Part shown: positions 1-10,200 of the stretch, one piece after another
Numbering within the stretch: the stretch's first letter is position 1
Layout of the letters: each line of letters starts with the position of its first letter
Origin: an uncultured Candidatus Nitrosopelagicus sp.
Lineage (GTDB): Archaea; Thermoproteota; Nitrososphaeria; Nitrososphaerales; Nitrosopumilaceae
NCBI GenBank assembly: GCA_964455405.1
Contig: CAYVWD010000055.1
Location: forward strand, 1,171-65,170
Direction: 5' to 3'
DNA: 64,000 bases
Notes under the pieces: model-generated
Databases searched by the model: none
What the model was told of the DNA's origin: nothing
Seen by the model: only the letters and a program-made list of their open reading frames with translations
Made by a program: the position numbers and the translations under genes

Positions 1-2169
1 TGTAGCTGCATTATATGTTAACGCTGCATCAGTCTTAGGAGCTTGTGCAGTTGCTGCACTTTCCCATAAACCTACATACGTAGTAGTTGCGTTTGTATCA
101 GCTGTAGTAATGTTCGTAGCAGTGCCAGCATTCGTAGCATTCGTTACTGTTATACCAGCTATATAAGTAGCTAAACTATCACTACCTACATTATATGCAT
201 CCGCATCTACCGTACCATCGAAATAAGCATTTTTAAATTGTAAATCACTGGTTCCTAAATCAACATCATTAGTTGTTACAGGTGCTAATACTCCATCTAT
301 CAATTTAATTTGGTCAGCCCCACTCGCTCTCAAAAGAATAGTATTATCTGTAGCAAAATCTATATCATTATCTGCATCTCTACCGATAACTAGAGCTGTA
401 TTAAGGACTGATGTAATAGTTGTTTGAGCAGGTGTAATAACTAAGTCAATTGTGTTATCACCATCTTCATATGTAGCTGCTAAACCTGTTTCAGTATTAC
501 CAGTAAACATGGCTCCTGCGGTATCAGCAATATATTCAGCTAAAGTAGTACCATCAACAGTATATGCATCAGCTTCTAATGTCCCATCTACATCCACATT
601 GCCTGATATATCTAAAGAAGCAGCTGTCAATGCACCAATTTCTAAATCTCCTAAAGCAAATCCACTAGTAGTATTAACTATATTACTAGTACCCGGTACG
701 GCATCACTACCTCCACTTCTATTAAAGAACTTCCATCGAGTAGTAGATAAATCATAGAAAAGGCCACGATAACGAGTACCGCCACTAACTCTATATGGGG
801 CATACAAACCCACATCAACCGCATCCGTATTTGTGCCCGTGTTTTGTCCTTTAGACAATTCTATTAATATATCTTCAACAGTTAATGTTGCTGTATTCAC
901 AGTAACGGTATCACCGCTTACTGTTAAATCCCCTGTAACAGTTAAATCATTTCCAATGACTACATCATCAGGTAACGATATAGTTACGGCTCCAGTGCTG
1001 CCAGAAACCGTTATTTCATCAGAAGTTCCTGTAAGCGTAGCTACATAATTTCCTGTAGTTTCAGTCCCTAAAATTACTCCGCCATCTTTAATAGTAACTG
1101 CTCCACTACTTACCGTAAAATTATCGCCACTAAAACTGGCTACCCCTATATTGTTAGTACTTGCCAATTCACCAGTAATTGTGATAGTATTAGCAGATAC
1201 TGCCGTATCAATACCTTCGCCAGCAGCAAAAGTTAATGTTTCACCAAGGGCTACAGCATCATTAGACCCTGACTCCGCAGCTACAGTAATAGTAGAATTG
1301 TCTAATTTAGCATTTGTTACGTCACCATCTGCAATTTTGGTAGTAGTGACACCATCAGTTGCTATGGAAATGTTATGAACTATGTTTTCACCGCTTGTAG
1401 CTCCTGTAGATGATAAACCACCACTGGCTGTAATATTTTGAACATAGTCTCCTGTAGTATCAGTAGCTAATGCCACACTATTTGCCTGAATCGAAGCTAC
1501 TCCAGTACGAGATATTTTTATATCTCCTGAAATAGCCTTATTTTCAAACCTACTATCATCACTATCATATATCAATAAATGAGCATCGGTAGCATTAGAC
1601 CCACTTTCTCCAGCTATTGTCACATCACTTAATCCATCTAATGCTGTAACTCCTGTAGCAGAAGCAAAGGTGATAGTTGGGTCAGAAGCAGTTCCTCCAT
1701 AGGTGAGGGTCATATTAGTGCCACCAACAAGCGTAATAGTATCAGCAGCATTCTGAGCAACAATACTACTACCTGAACCAGTACCACTTCTAGCTATAGT
1801 TTTAAAGGAATTTTCGTTGGCTTCCCCACCTGCGGAACCAAGAGTTAAATCAACTTCAGTTCCATTTTCAAACTTCCAATATGCTTTACCATTACTTTTA
1901 GCATAAAGTGCTCCTTTACCAGAACCTACTGTACCACTTGGAGTAGACACTTCTGATACTAAACAATAATCTGTAAAAGTTTTATTGGATAGATTTTCTG
2001 TTGCAGAATTGCCTACCACCAATTCCCATGAATCTCCGTCCCACAAATATAAATCTTGAGTATTAGTCTCAAAAAACGTAACACCTACTATATCTGTAGA
2101 AAAACTGTCAGGTTTACTATCAGTGCTTAAGCCAGTAATTTTATTGCCCGCTAAAAATTTAACTGCCAT
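1..2169 (-). CDS. Tail fibre-like virion protein, runs off the left edge of the window
   Basis: Not in the ORF track. ATG at 2169 reads MAVKFLAGNKITGLSTD...LYLWDGDSWELVVGNSATENLSNKTF, which is paralogous to the N-terminus of 2159..3958. G/S/T/A/D-rich. The full frame was not checked codon by codon. Confidence 0.75.
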   Translation of the reverse strand, partial: MAVKFLAGNKITGLSTDSKPDSFSTDIVGVTFFETNTQDLYLWDGDSWELVVGNSATENLSNKTFTDYCLVSEVSTPSGTVGSGKGALYAKSNGKAYWKFENGTEVDLTLGSAGGEANENSFKTIARSGTGSGSSIVAQNAADTITLVGGTNMTLTYGGTASDPTITFASATGVTALDGLSDVTIAGESGSNATDAHLLIYDSDDSRFENKAISGDIKISRTGVASIQANSVALATDTTGDYVQNITASGGLSSTGATSGENIVHNISIATDGVTTTKIADGDVTNAKLDNSTITVAAESGSNDAVALGETLTFAAGEGIDTAVSANTITITGELASTNNIGVASFSGDNFTVSSGAVTIKDGGVILGTETTGNYVATLTGTSDEITVSGSTGAVTISLPDDVVIGNDLTVTGDLTVSGDTVTVNTATLTVEDILIELSKGQNTGTNTDAVDVGLYAPYRVSGGTRYRGLFYDLSTTRWKFFNRSGGSDAVPGTSNIVNTTSGFALGDLEIGALTAASLDISGNVDVDGTLEADAYTVDGTTLAEYIADTAGAMFTGNTETGLAATYEDGDNTIDLVITPAQTTITSVLNTALVIGRDADNDIDFATDNTILLRASGADQIKLIDGVLAPVTTNDVDLGTSDLQFKNAYFDGTVDADAYNVGSDSLATYIAGITVTNATNAGTATNITTADTNATTTYVGLWESAATAQAPKTDAALTYNAAT

Positions 2170-3958
2170 TTATATGACTCCATTGCATGGGCACTTCAAA
2201 CGAGTGTCCACACCATAAATCTAGTATCATAATCCCTTTTTCAAAATCATATGTCGGGTCAGATGCTCCATCTTTACTGCCACATACTGCACATACTGCT
2301 TTAGGAGAAGTAATTTCGACTTCTACTACGTTTCCTGCTTTTTGTATTGATGCAACCAATGCATTATTATTCCCATCTACTTCCTTTAAGAATAAACGAG
2401 CTTTTTCAGCACTTGCTGCTGCTGGCTTAGATGCATCAGTAGTTTTAACACCGAATTCTATATAAGCTCCTGTATTTCCATCCGCACCAATTTCTATTCC
2501 ACCAGTACCTTTTCCAGAAATAATTGCATTTAAATTTGATGCACTTCCATTTGCTGCTATTTTAGGACTATTAGCACTAGCAGCATTTGTTATAGTAAAG
2601 TAATTTACAGCTGAACCAGTAGCTGCAAAATTAAGGCCCGTATTTCCCCCACTATCCACTAATGTTGTTTTCGTTTTAGTTGCTGTTAAGGTATCCGTAG
2701 CAAAAGTTAAATCTCCATCATCACTCAAAACCCCATTAGCTCCTGCAAAAATAACCCTAGTAGCTGTTAACCCATCTGCTGTTAGAGTCTGTGCTCTAAA
2801 GTCAAAGTCTCCTATATCTGTATTAGCTCCAACTCCAGCTACAATAGCTAATTTTTGGGCTGCGGAGGTAGTTAATGTACCAGCAGACACATCTAATGTC
2901 TTACCGCTCCCGACAGTTATATTCGCTCCATCAATAGTTCCACCATTAATGTCGAAATTAGCTCCTTCAATTTCTACGTTACCAGCTGTGAGTTTGCCAC
3001 CTAGAGTAAAGGCATTTATAGTGGTGGCTTCTAATGTGCCAACAACTAAAGTAGCTTTTTGATACCCTCCAGCAGAAGGATTTATAACAGTGGTTGGTGT
3101 AGTTGTCGTATTATAGAATAAATGGAACTTTGCATCAGACTCATCTCTAAACAATCCTGCATATCTAACACTACCATCATTATATGTCCCATAAAATCCT
3201 ATGTCTACATCGTCAGCTGATGTATTTTCATTAGCTAAGGCTAAAAGAGGGTCTTCAACAGTGATTTGGGTAGTACTGACATTGGTTAAAGCTCCACTTA
3301 CAGTTAAATCTCCGCTTACTGTTAAATCACCCGGGATAGAAATCGTTGTCCCAGATGCTCCTAGAGTTAAGGTATTACCTGCCACCCCATCAAAGATAAC
3401 ATGGTTTGTTGCAGTCATATCTAAATCAGTTAAACCCGTTAAAGTGGTTAAAGCTGACCCGCCCAATGTAGCAGAAGATGCTCCTATCGTTACAGAACTT
3501 GCTGCTAACCTATCTACAGAGATAGCACCAGTTGCAATACTCGCATCTCCTATACCTGTTATAGAATTTCCATTACTTCCATGTACAATTGTCTTATTTT
3601 GAAAAGTTACTGTCGAATTATTGAAAGTAAACGTATCATTAGCTGTTAAAACTGGTAATGTAACAGTTCTATCATCTGCTAAATTTCCTACAGCAAAAAC
3701 ATATTGATGGTCAGAAGCTGAATCATTAATTTGAGGAGTAGTTAAAATAGGACTTACTAAAGTTTTACTACTAAGAGTTTCTTCGGCTGAATTACCAGCA
3801 ATTAATTCCCATGAATCTCCATCCCAATGGTACATATCGTCTTGCCCGCTTTCAATAAAAGTCAAACCAGCATTAGCTGACCCTAATGAGCTAGTTAAAC
3901 CAGTTCTCTCTAAAGTAGTACCATAAAGTTTGTTTCCAGCTAAGTATTTAATCGCCAT
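2159..3958 (-). CDS. Tail fibre-like protein (599 aa) with C-terminal Cys/His domain
   Basis: G/T/A-rich beta repeats (GDLTVSGDLTVSG; DIGFYG..YAGLFRD) typical of phage fibres. Confidence 0.75.
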   Translation of the reverse strand: MAIKYLAGNKLYGTTLERTGLTSSLGSANAGLTFIESGQDDMYHWDGDSWELIAGNSAEETLSSKTLVSPILTTPQINDSASDHQYVFAVGNLADDRTVTLPVLTANDTFTFNNSTVTFQNKTIVHGSNGNSITGIGDASIATGAISVDRLAASSVTIGASSATLGGSALTTLTGLTDLDMTATNHVIFDGVAGNTLTLGASGTTISIPGDLTVSGDLTVSGALTNVSTTQITVEDPLLALANENTSADDVDIGFYGTYNDGSVRYAGLFRDESDAKFHLFYNTTTTPTTVINPSAGGYQKATLVVGTLEATTINAFTLGGKLTAGNVEIEGANFDINGGTIDGANITVGSGKTLDVSAGTLTTSAAQKLAIVAGVGANTDIGDFDFRAQTLTADGLTATRVIFAGANGVLSDDGDLTFATDTLTATKTKTTLVDSGGNTGLNFAATGSAVNYFTITNAASANSPKIAANGSASNLNAIISGKGTGGIEIGADGNTGAYIEFGVKTTDASKPAAASAEKARLFLKEVDGNNNALVASIQKAGNVVEVEITSPKAVCAVCGSKDGASDPTYDFEKGIMILDLWCGHSFEVPMQWSHINGS

Positions 3959-4566
3959 TATTTTATTCTCCTCAAATTGGGGATACTCATTTCATATGAA
4001 TGCCCACAATATAGTTCTACTATCATTATACCTTCAGCAAAATTATAAATTGGGTCTTTAGCTCCATCTGTACTACCGCATTCACATACGCATCCCGGAG
4101 AGGTCAGCTCTACTTCTACCATATTCCCAGCTTTTTGCAACTTGATTGCTAAAGCATTGTTATTTGCATCTAATTGTTTTAAATACAATCTTCCTTCTTC
4201 TGTAGAAGGGTCATTTGGTTCTGCAATTTTTGAGAAATCAACAAACGTCCTGTTTACCCACCTACCAGTACTCCCATCATATTGAAAATGGTTATTATCA
4301 CCAACACCAGAGATAGTTGTATCAGTCATTTCCTCAACAGTATCAACTAATGTTACAGAATCCACATAATCCTTAATAGCTTTAGAAGAAGCTAGCTGAG
4401 TATTCGATGCTACAACAGATGTTAGGTCAGTATCTATATCATCTTGAGCAATATCAGCATAAGCTACCTGAACACTGGATAAACCTTTCATAAATTGAGT
4501 GGACTTTTGTCCTTTTCCTCTTAGTGGCATATTATCTCCCCCAAATAATTCCTCGTATTCGTACAT
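3958..4566 (-). CDS. Short fibre-associated protein sharing its C-terminal domain with 2159..3958
   Basis: Contains SSKAIKDYVD and a DT.IS...QYDG..G.W.N fibre repeat; C-terminus is clearly paralogous. Confidence 0.65.
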   Translation of the reverse strand: MYEYEELFGGDNMPLRGKGQKSTQFMKGLSSVQVAYADIAQDDIDTDLTSVVASNTQLASSKAIKDYVDSVTLVDTVEEMTDTTISGVGDNNHFQYDGSTGRWVNRTFVDFSKIAEPNDPSTEEGRLYLKQLDANNNALAIKLQKAGNMVEVELTSPGCVCECGSTDGAKDPIYNFAEGIMIVELYCGHSYEMSIPNLRRIK

Positions 4567-4855
4567 TCGTTCCAGTAGACCGAATTATACTAATTTTAGA
4601 ACCAATCCAGATATCACTGTCGAAATATCCCTCATCTTGAGGAATAAGCATAGCAGAAGTTGTGGCATCCCCATCAAATTCTACATAAGCATCGCCCAAT
4701 TCAACAACAAAGGATACCTTATTACATTCTTCCATTAAAGAACTAATGTCTACCACTGTTTCAGCGTTAGCACTAGTGGTAGTATGAGTAAACGTCTTAT
4801 GTCTACTATAATTTTGGATTAATTCTATTTCTTGTCGCCACGGTCTTGTAGTCAT
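4532..4855 (-). CDS. Small beta-rich virion protein
   Basis: ORF in the structural operon; resembles the C-terminus of 48573..49487. Confidence 0.55.
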   Translation of the reverse strand: MTTRPWRQEIELIQNYSRHKTFTHTTTSANAETVVDISSLMEECNKVSFVVELGDAYVEFDGDATTSAMLIPQDEGYFDSDIWIGSKISIIRSTGTNVRIRGIIWGR

Positions 4856-5808
4856 TCACTCTTCTCCTTGAAACTAAACTTAAGTAATGTGGGTTGGCCC
4901 GTTCCTAAATTATTAGTTCTATAATTTATTGCACTTGAAGCTAGGGGAAGTTTGAAACCTTCCTGTCTAGCAATAGCTCCAATAGACGCTTGCTGCGGTT
5001 TGCTCAATTCAGTCCTATAACGAGTATTCAAAGTAGTTAATTCCTTAATATCTTGATTAAGCTCCTCTATTTGAGCCTTATAAGACTCCTTTACTCTCTC
5101 TTCAACTGCCTTTTCCCTATTAGCTAATACGAATTTCTCATGCTTATCAGCATCTTGCTGCTGTTGATTGAGTACCATATTCTGAGTAATTAAATTAAGA
5201 TTGGTTTTATCCAACTCGTCCCGCTTTTCAGAGACTTCGTGGTACTGTTTAGCCAATGCATCTGAAGAAGAAGTCAATCCTTCATGTTGCACCTTCAATT
5301 CTTCCAATGCTAAAGTCAATTCCCGCACCATACTGTCTCTATTAGTTGCTTCATGCATCAATGACCGCTTTGCAATCTCTAAATCGGCGTTATTCACTCT
5401 CATATGAGTCAATTCCTCAGCCACTTTTTCATATTCCCCTCTAGATTTAGCCAAACCATCCATTAATTCCCCATAGGTAGAGGCCATACGGTCATGTTCC
5501 TTCTTTACAGCATCTAATTCCATTACTGTCCTATGATGTTCTTGCTGTTGGGCCTCTAAGACAGAGATTTTAGACTCGTCTACCCCACTAAGTTGTACTA
5601 ACCTAGCGTTTTCAACCTCTAGAAGAGCAGTCCGGGCCGATAACTGTGCCTTTTCCTCCTCTGAAGCCTCTAAAACCTTGATTTTAGCCTCTAAATCACC
5701 TATTTTAGATGATAATTGGGCCTCTTTTTGCTCATTGTTAAGGTTAAAAATAGGTGCTTGTTGGGCCTTATAACCCTCATTTTTACCTAAAAAATCATTC
5801 ATTTTCAT
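4852..5808 (-). CDS. Long coiled-coil protein
   Basis: E/K/L/Q heptad-rich; start MKMNDF at 5808 preferred. Confidence 0.6.
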   Translation of the reverse strand: MKMNDFLGKNEGYKAQQAPIFNLNNEQKEAQLSSKIGDLEAKIKVLEASEEEKAQLSARTALLEVENARLVQLSGVDESKISVLEAQQQEHHRTVMELDAVKKEHDRMASTYGELMDGLAKSRGEYEKVAEELTHMRVNNADLEIAKRSLMHEATNRDSMVRELTLALEELKVQHEGLTSSSDALAKQYHEVSEKRDELDKTNLNLITQNMVLNQQQQDADKHEKFVLANREKAVEERVKESYKAQIEELNQDIKELTTLNTRYRTELSKPQQASIGAIARQEGFKLPLASSAINYRTNNLGTGQPTLLKFSFKEKSE

Positions 5809-6184
5809 AGATACTACGCACCTCACAGGCAAAAAACCCTTCAATTAGGATAGCATTGGGCAAATTCTCATGCCACTCCCTTGTTTTCTCTCTTGGTATC
5901 CATTCGTTAGGAGCAATTTCGATAGCTCTATTAACAAAGTTGTCCATATATATCTGATATCCTAATTCATAATCATAAGTAATGTCATCTGTAGACTCCC
6001 AATAGATAACTTCACCCACTTGCACATCTATATGAGTATTATAAGCTGATAATTCCTTACGTTGTTTAATTTGAGTAATGTGTTTTCTAGGTTTCGTATC
6101 CTGAACAACTACTTCTTCCACAACTTCAGGCTCTACAACTGCTACAAATTCTTCTGTATCTTCTACTTTCTTTTTTCTTGGCAT
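5795..6184 (-). CDS. Hypothetical protein
   Basis: 129-aa ORF with SD GAGGAG; tightly packed with neighbours. Confidence 0.6.
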   Translation of the reverse strand: MPRKKKVEDTEEFVAVVEPEVVEEVVVQDTKPRKHITQIKQRKELSAYNTHIDVQVGEVIYWESTDDITYDYELGYQIYMDNFVNRAIEIAPNEWIPREKTREWHENLPNAILIEGFFACEVRSIYENE

Positions 6185-6185
6185 A

Positions 6186-7196
6186 TTATCTCCTCTTTTT
6201 CGCTTTGTTTCTTTTTGGCTGGGTTGACCCCCTCTTAAATGCTTTCAATCCTCTGAAAGCTGGATGGCTCTGAGCACCTTTAGTTCCCACACCCTTACCG
6301 CCATCGTGAACATTCAATCTACCTGAGTCACCAGAGCTTCTAAATCTCCTACCAGCAGTAGCAGACCCTGCTCCTCGTCCTCCACTACCATGAGCTTTCA
6401 CGCTACGTTCATGTACACCAGTACCAGTACCACGAATACGCTTATGTCCAGATAATTCCCAGACAGTACGGCCTATTCGTTCTGGACGAGTCCACCTATG
6501 CTTAACCGCATCCCACATTAACCCAACACGGGGTGGAACTGGTGCATGGTCTTTACTTAAATAGTGTTCATGTAATGCATTAAAGATAGTATCATCAGAT
6601 TTCCGTAATCTACTTTTAATTTTTCGTTCCAACCTACGTCTTTCATTGTCAGAAGCTTGATTATTAACGGCCCTTTCCCATTCTCTTACCAAGTCTTGTG
6701 GTACATCCCTATTAACAATGTCACCACTCAAGGCCCAACCAGCTCCAAAGGCAATAAGACGTTCAAGACTAGGACTTATTTTCTCTAAGTCCATTGCTTT
6801 CTTACCTTTAAACAGCATTTTATTTACAGCAGCTTTCTTTTTCCCCTTACGTCTTTTTTTACCAAATCCTTTTTTCCCAATTGCTCCAGCTACTCTATCC
6901 CTTTCACGGGCACCCTCACTCTCACGGCGAAAATCTCCTTGCCCCCAAGGTGGTGCTTGACCTGTTTCTCTCCTATCCCCACCCTCAAATTTACCTTGTG
7001 CAATTAGCATAGCTGTAGCAATAGCATATGGGTCATTCCAATACTTATCACCTCGTTTACCTTTTTCTAATTGCTCATCATCTTTTTCGTAAAGATGGTC
7101 TAGCTTTTTAGCGTCTGGTTCACGGGCATTAGCAATAGTCCCAGCGTTATTACCGTATGAAGTCCAATATTTCTGTAATGAATCAAGTTCTGTCAT
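6186..7196 (-). CDS. Basic, low-complexity putative internal head protein
   Basis: K/R/G-rich; several L-x-K-(S/G/D) motifs; preceded by TAGTATAATA. Confidence 0.55.
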   Translation of the reverse strand: MTELDSLQKYWTSYGNNAGTIANAREPDAKKLDHLYEKDDEQLEKGKRGDKYWNDPYAIATAMLIAQGKFEGGDRRETGQAPPWGQGDFRRESEGARERDRVAGAIGKKGFGKKRRKGKKKAAVNKMLFKGKKAMDLEKISPSLERLIAFGAGWALSGDIVNRDVPQDLVREWERAVNNQASDNERRRLERKIKSRLRKSDDTIFNALHEHYLSKDHAPVPPRVGLMWDAVKHRWTRPERIGRTVWELSGHKRIRGTGTGVHERSVKAHGSGGRGAGSATAGRRFRSSGDSGRLNVHDGGKGVGTKGAQSHPAFRGLKAFKRGSTQPKRNKAKKRR

Positions 7197-7210
7197 ATTA
7201 TCACCTAATA

Positions 7211-7220
7211 TATTATACTA
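7211..7220 (-). promoter_or_regulatory. Putative late promoter motif TAGTATAATA
   Basis: Just upstream of the start at 7196; the motif recurs before other genes. Confidence 0.6.
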
Positions 7221-7225
7221 AGAGA

Positions 7226-10200
7226 TTAGTTAGTTTCTAACCACGGTTTACGAGTTAACCAATCATTTAATTCCGAAACAGCTCCACCTGAAGCTGGTGG
7301 CTGAGATTGAGGTTGGGGTTGATTCTCAAATGCTGTACGCTTCTGGGCTTCGGCATCCAATCCATAAAACTTTTCTGCTGGAGGAGCCAAAGGATTCCGT
7401 TTCTGTGCATCATCAGGAGCATTAGTATAGTCTACTCCATAATAAGCACTTCGTAATTTTTGATATATATCATTCTTCTTGTTTTCTTTATCATATCTCT
7501 TAACTTGTTCATTCCAATATTCATCTATTGGGCTAACTCCAGTTGCCCACCTAGCTAACTTAGAAGCACCGGGAAGTTTTAATTTATCCGCTCCTTGATA
7601 TATCTGTTGTTTGGTACTTTCTACGTCACTCATCTGTTCCCAAGGATTGTAACTAGTCACCTCTTGCCCTTCTCGCCGTTGCATAAACCTATCTATAGCA
7701 CTAGCTGGCTGTTTAGGAGCTGGCGGAGGTGGTGGTTGTGCAGCTGCCTGTTGTGCAACTTGCTGTTCCTGTTGTTCTTGTTGTGCCATCTGTCCCTGAG
7801 TCTGTTGCAGTTGACGCTGTAAGATTTCTTGGCGATGTTCCTCAGACCCAAACATGGCTCTGCCTTCCTTACCATCAAATTCATCTAGCTCATCACTAAT
7901 AGGTTGTTCCCAATCTATTCCTGATTGAGTAGCTTTGGCTTGCATATCCTGCATTTGTTCCTGCCAATGCTTTAAGGCTTCCTTACTATAGATATGTCTA
8001 TGGTGTAAGTACTCAGACATTAGTGTCCTAGCCCTGTCAGTAATCATATCAGGACTTGCATCATCAGACAATGGACGAACCCTAGTTACTATATCATTAG
8101 CATGATTTTCTTTTTGCTCCTTCGCCTTAGTCGCTCTATGAGTAGATACAAGTTTGTGGGATTCATTAAATGCATCAGTTAGCTTCTTATCGTCCATACC
8201 ACTAAACTTACTTTCCCCATGAACATCTTGCCCATGCATCTCTTGTGAATGTTCCCGAATCTCCCGCTCATACTGTTGACGTTGTTCAGGTTCCATCGGA
8301 GCAACAACCTCTTGAGCAGCCTTCTTCTTCTCATCAAAATGTTCTTTGAATGTTGCAGTTTTCTCAGCTGGGGTAAGAACCTCAAGATACTTTTGAGCAT
8401 CATCCTTGCCAAAGCCTCTCGCTTCTAAATGTTCCAGAATTTTCTGGTCACGGAATTCCAACTGACTTCCCTTAGCATCCTCAGCTGCCTTAGTAGCCTC
8501 AGCCTCAGCTGCCCTAGCAGTAACATCTGCTTCACTTGGAGTAGATAAGAGTCCACCCATAGTTTCTACCTTGTCAGGAAGTTCTGTATATCCTGTTGAA
8601 GTTACTGGCGGTTCTTCTCGTTCTTCAGGGAATAAATCCATCTCAGTTTGTTTTCCATCATCTAAAACTTTCTCCCTCCTTGGTAGAGGCGATGTCTGCT
8701 GCTGTGGATTAGGGTCAAGCTGGGTATCAGAGTCAGTCTGTGGGTCAGGGTCAGCTTGTCTTTCAGGCCAGCCTTGTCCTTCAGGATGTTCTATACCATG
8801 TAAATCTCTCAATGTACGATGGATATCTTGTACAATTTGTTGATGTGCTCCTGCCCTTTTCTGTAAACGCTTTAATTGAAAGCCTTTACCCTCCTCATAC
8901 AAAGGTAGCCCCGATAACCCCTTCTGAGCATTTTTCTTACTAGGGTCTGCGTTTAATCCTTTCATATGGTCAACCAACTTATCCCATTGTAACTGATGGC
9001 TTCCACCAATCATATCTAATCGTTGATTCCATTCCTCATCAGTTTCATCAAATTCTTGCCCATCCTTCACACCTTGCTTGGGCCAAAAGAACATATCTGG
9101 CCATTCTCTTTCCCCTGTCTCACGATTCTTTGTAGAGCGTTGTAGATGGCCCTCATCAGTATGGTAACCTAATTCATCAAGCCACTCAACAAATCTATGC
9201 CGTAAAGAATTTAGGTTTGACTCCTCATTAGTTAATTCCTTGTTGATAAAGGGAACTTTTTGGTCATCAGTAGGAGATATCTCAAATAAATCTGGCAGAA
9301 ACTCATTCCCCTCTGTATTAATTAACTCATCTATTCTATTCTGACCCTCGTTAAAATGTGCCTGAAAATATGCTGCCCATGCCGAATTAACCGAAGATTT
9401 ATGGAGTAGTAATTCCCTCAACGCTGGAGTAATAGTATCTGAATTAAGGGCTGCATTATATTTAGCCTCCGCTGCTCTAAGGTGGGCTAATGCCTTGTTC
9501 CACGCATTTGTACTACCACCTTCTGAGGAAAACCCAATAGTTCCTTCCCCGCCTTCGTCCTCTGGTGGTATAGCATATACACTAAGTGGTAAAAAGGCTC
9601 TTGCTCCAAAGTCAGCCAAATTTATTCTTTTAAGACTATCACTACTTTCATCAAAAGGTAAATTAACAAATTCTGTCCCCCTGCTATTTTTACTTATAGG
9701 CATCCCATGATGTCTAGCCCAAGCTATAAATTGAGACTTTGTCATTTCTTTCTGGTGTCTGCCAGTAAATGTCCCAATCCCTAGCACACCGTCTGGGTCA
9801 TCAAAGTAAGTTTTATACGCTGTGTATATAGGACTAACTTGCTCGTCTTCTCCTCTTTCATGCAGTACTTGATAAAGTGCGTTGTGAGCGTCTGTGTCAG
9901 GATATAGATGTCGTTTAAGCAAGTCCCCAGTTTTATTCCCTTTCGCCATCTTATCTAAGAAAGTATTCCCCAAAAACATTTTATTAACTGGGCCTACATT
10001 GGGCGTACCTTCATCAGAAGGTGAGTCAGGAGTAACCGTTGATACACCAAAATTCGGATTGTGGTTATATGTGTCCGCAACCTTATATAGATACGGTTGG
10101 GGGAGGAAACCACCCTCTTCAATGCCCCAGTTTGAATCAGGTTTATGTAATCTAGGTAATTGATGGAATAGCTTCGCTCCTGCGTCAGTCCAATCCCACC

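Noticed and set aside
2159-4566. Diversity-generating retroelement TR/VR pair in the duplicated C-termini
   Set aside because: Both copies are coding and differ at all base types, and no reverse transcriptase is in the window
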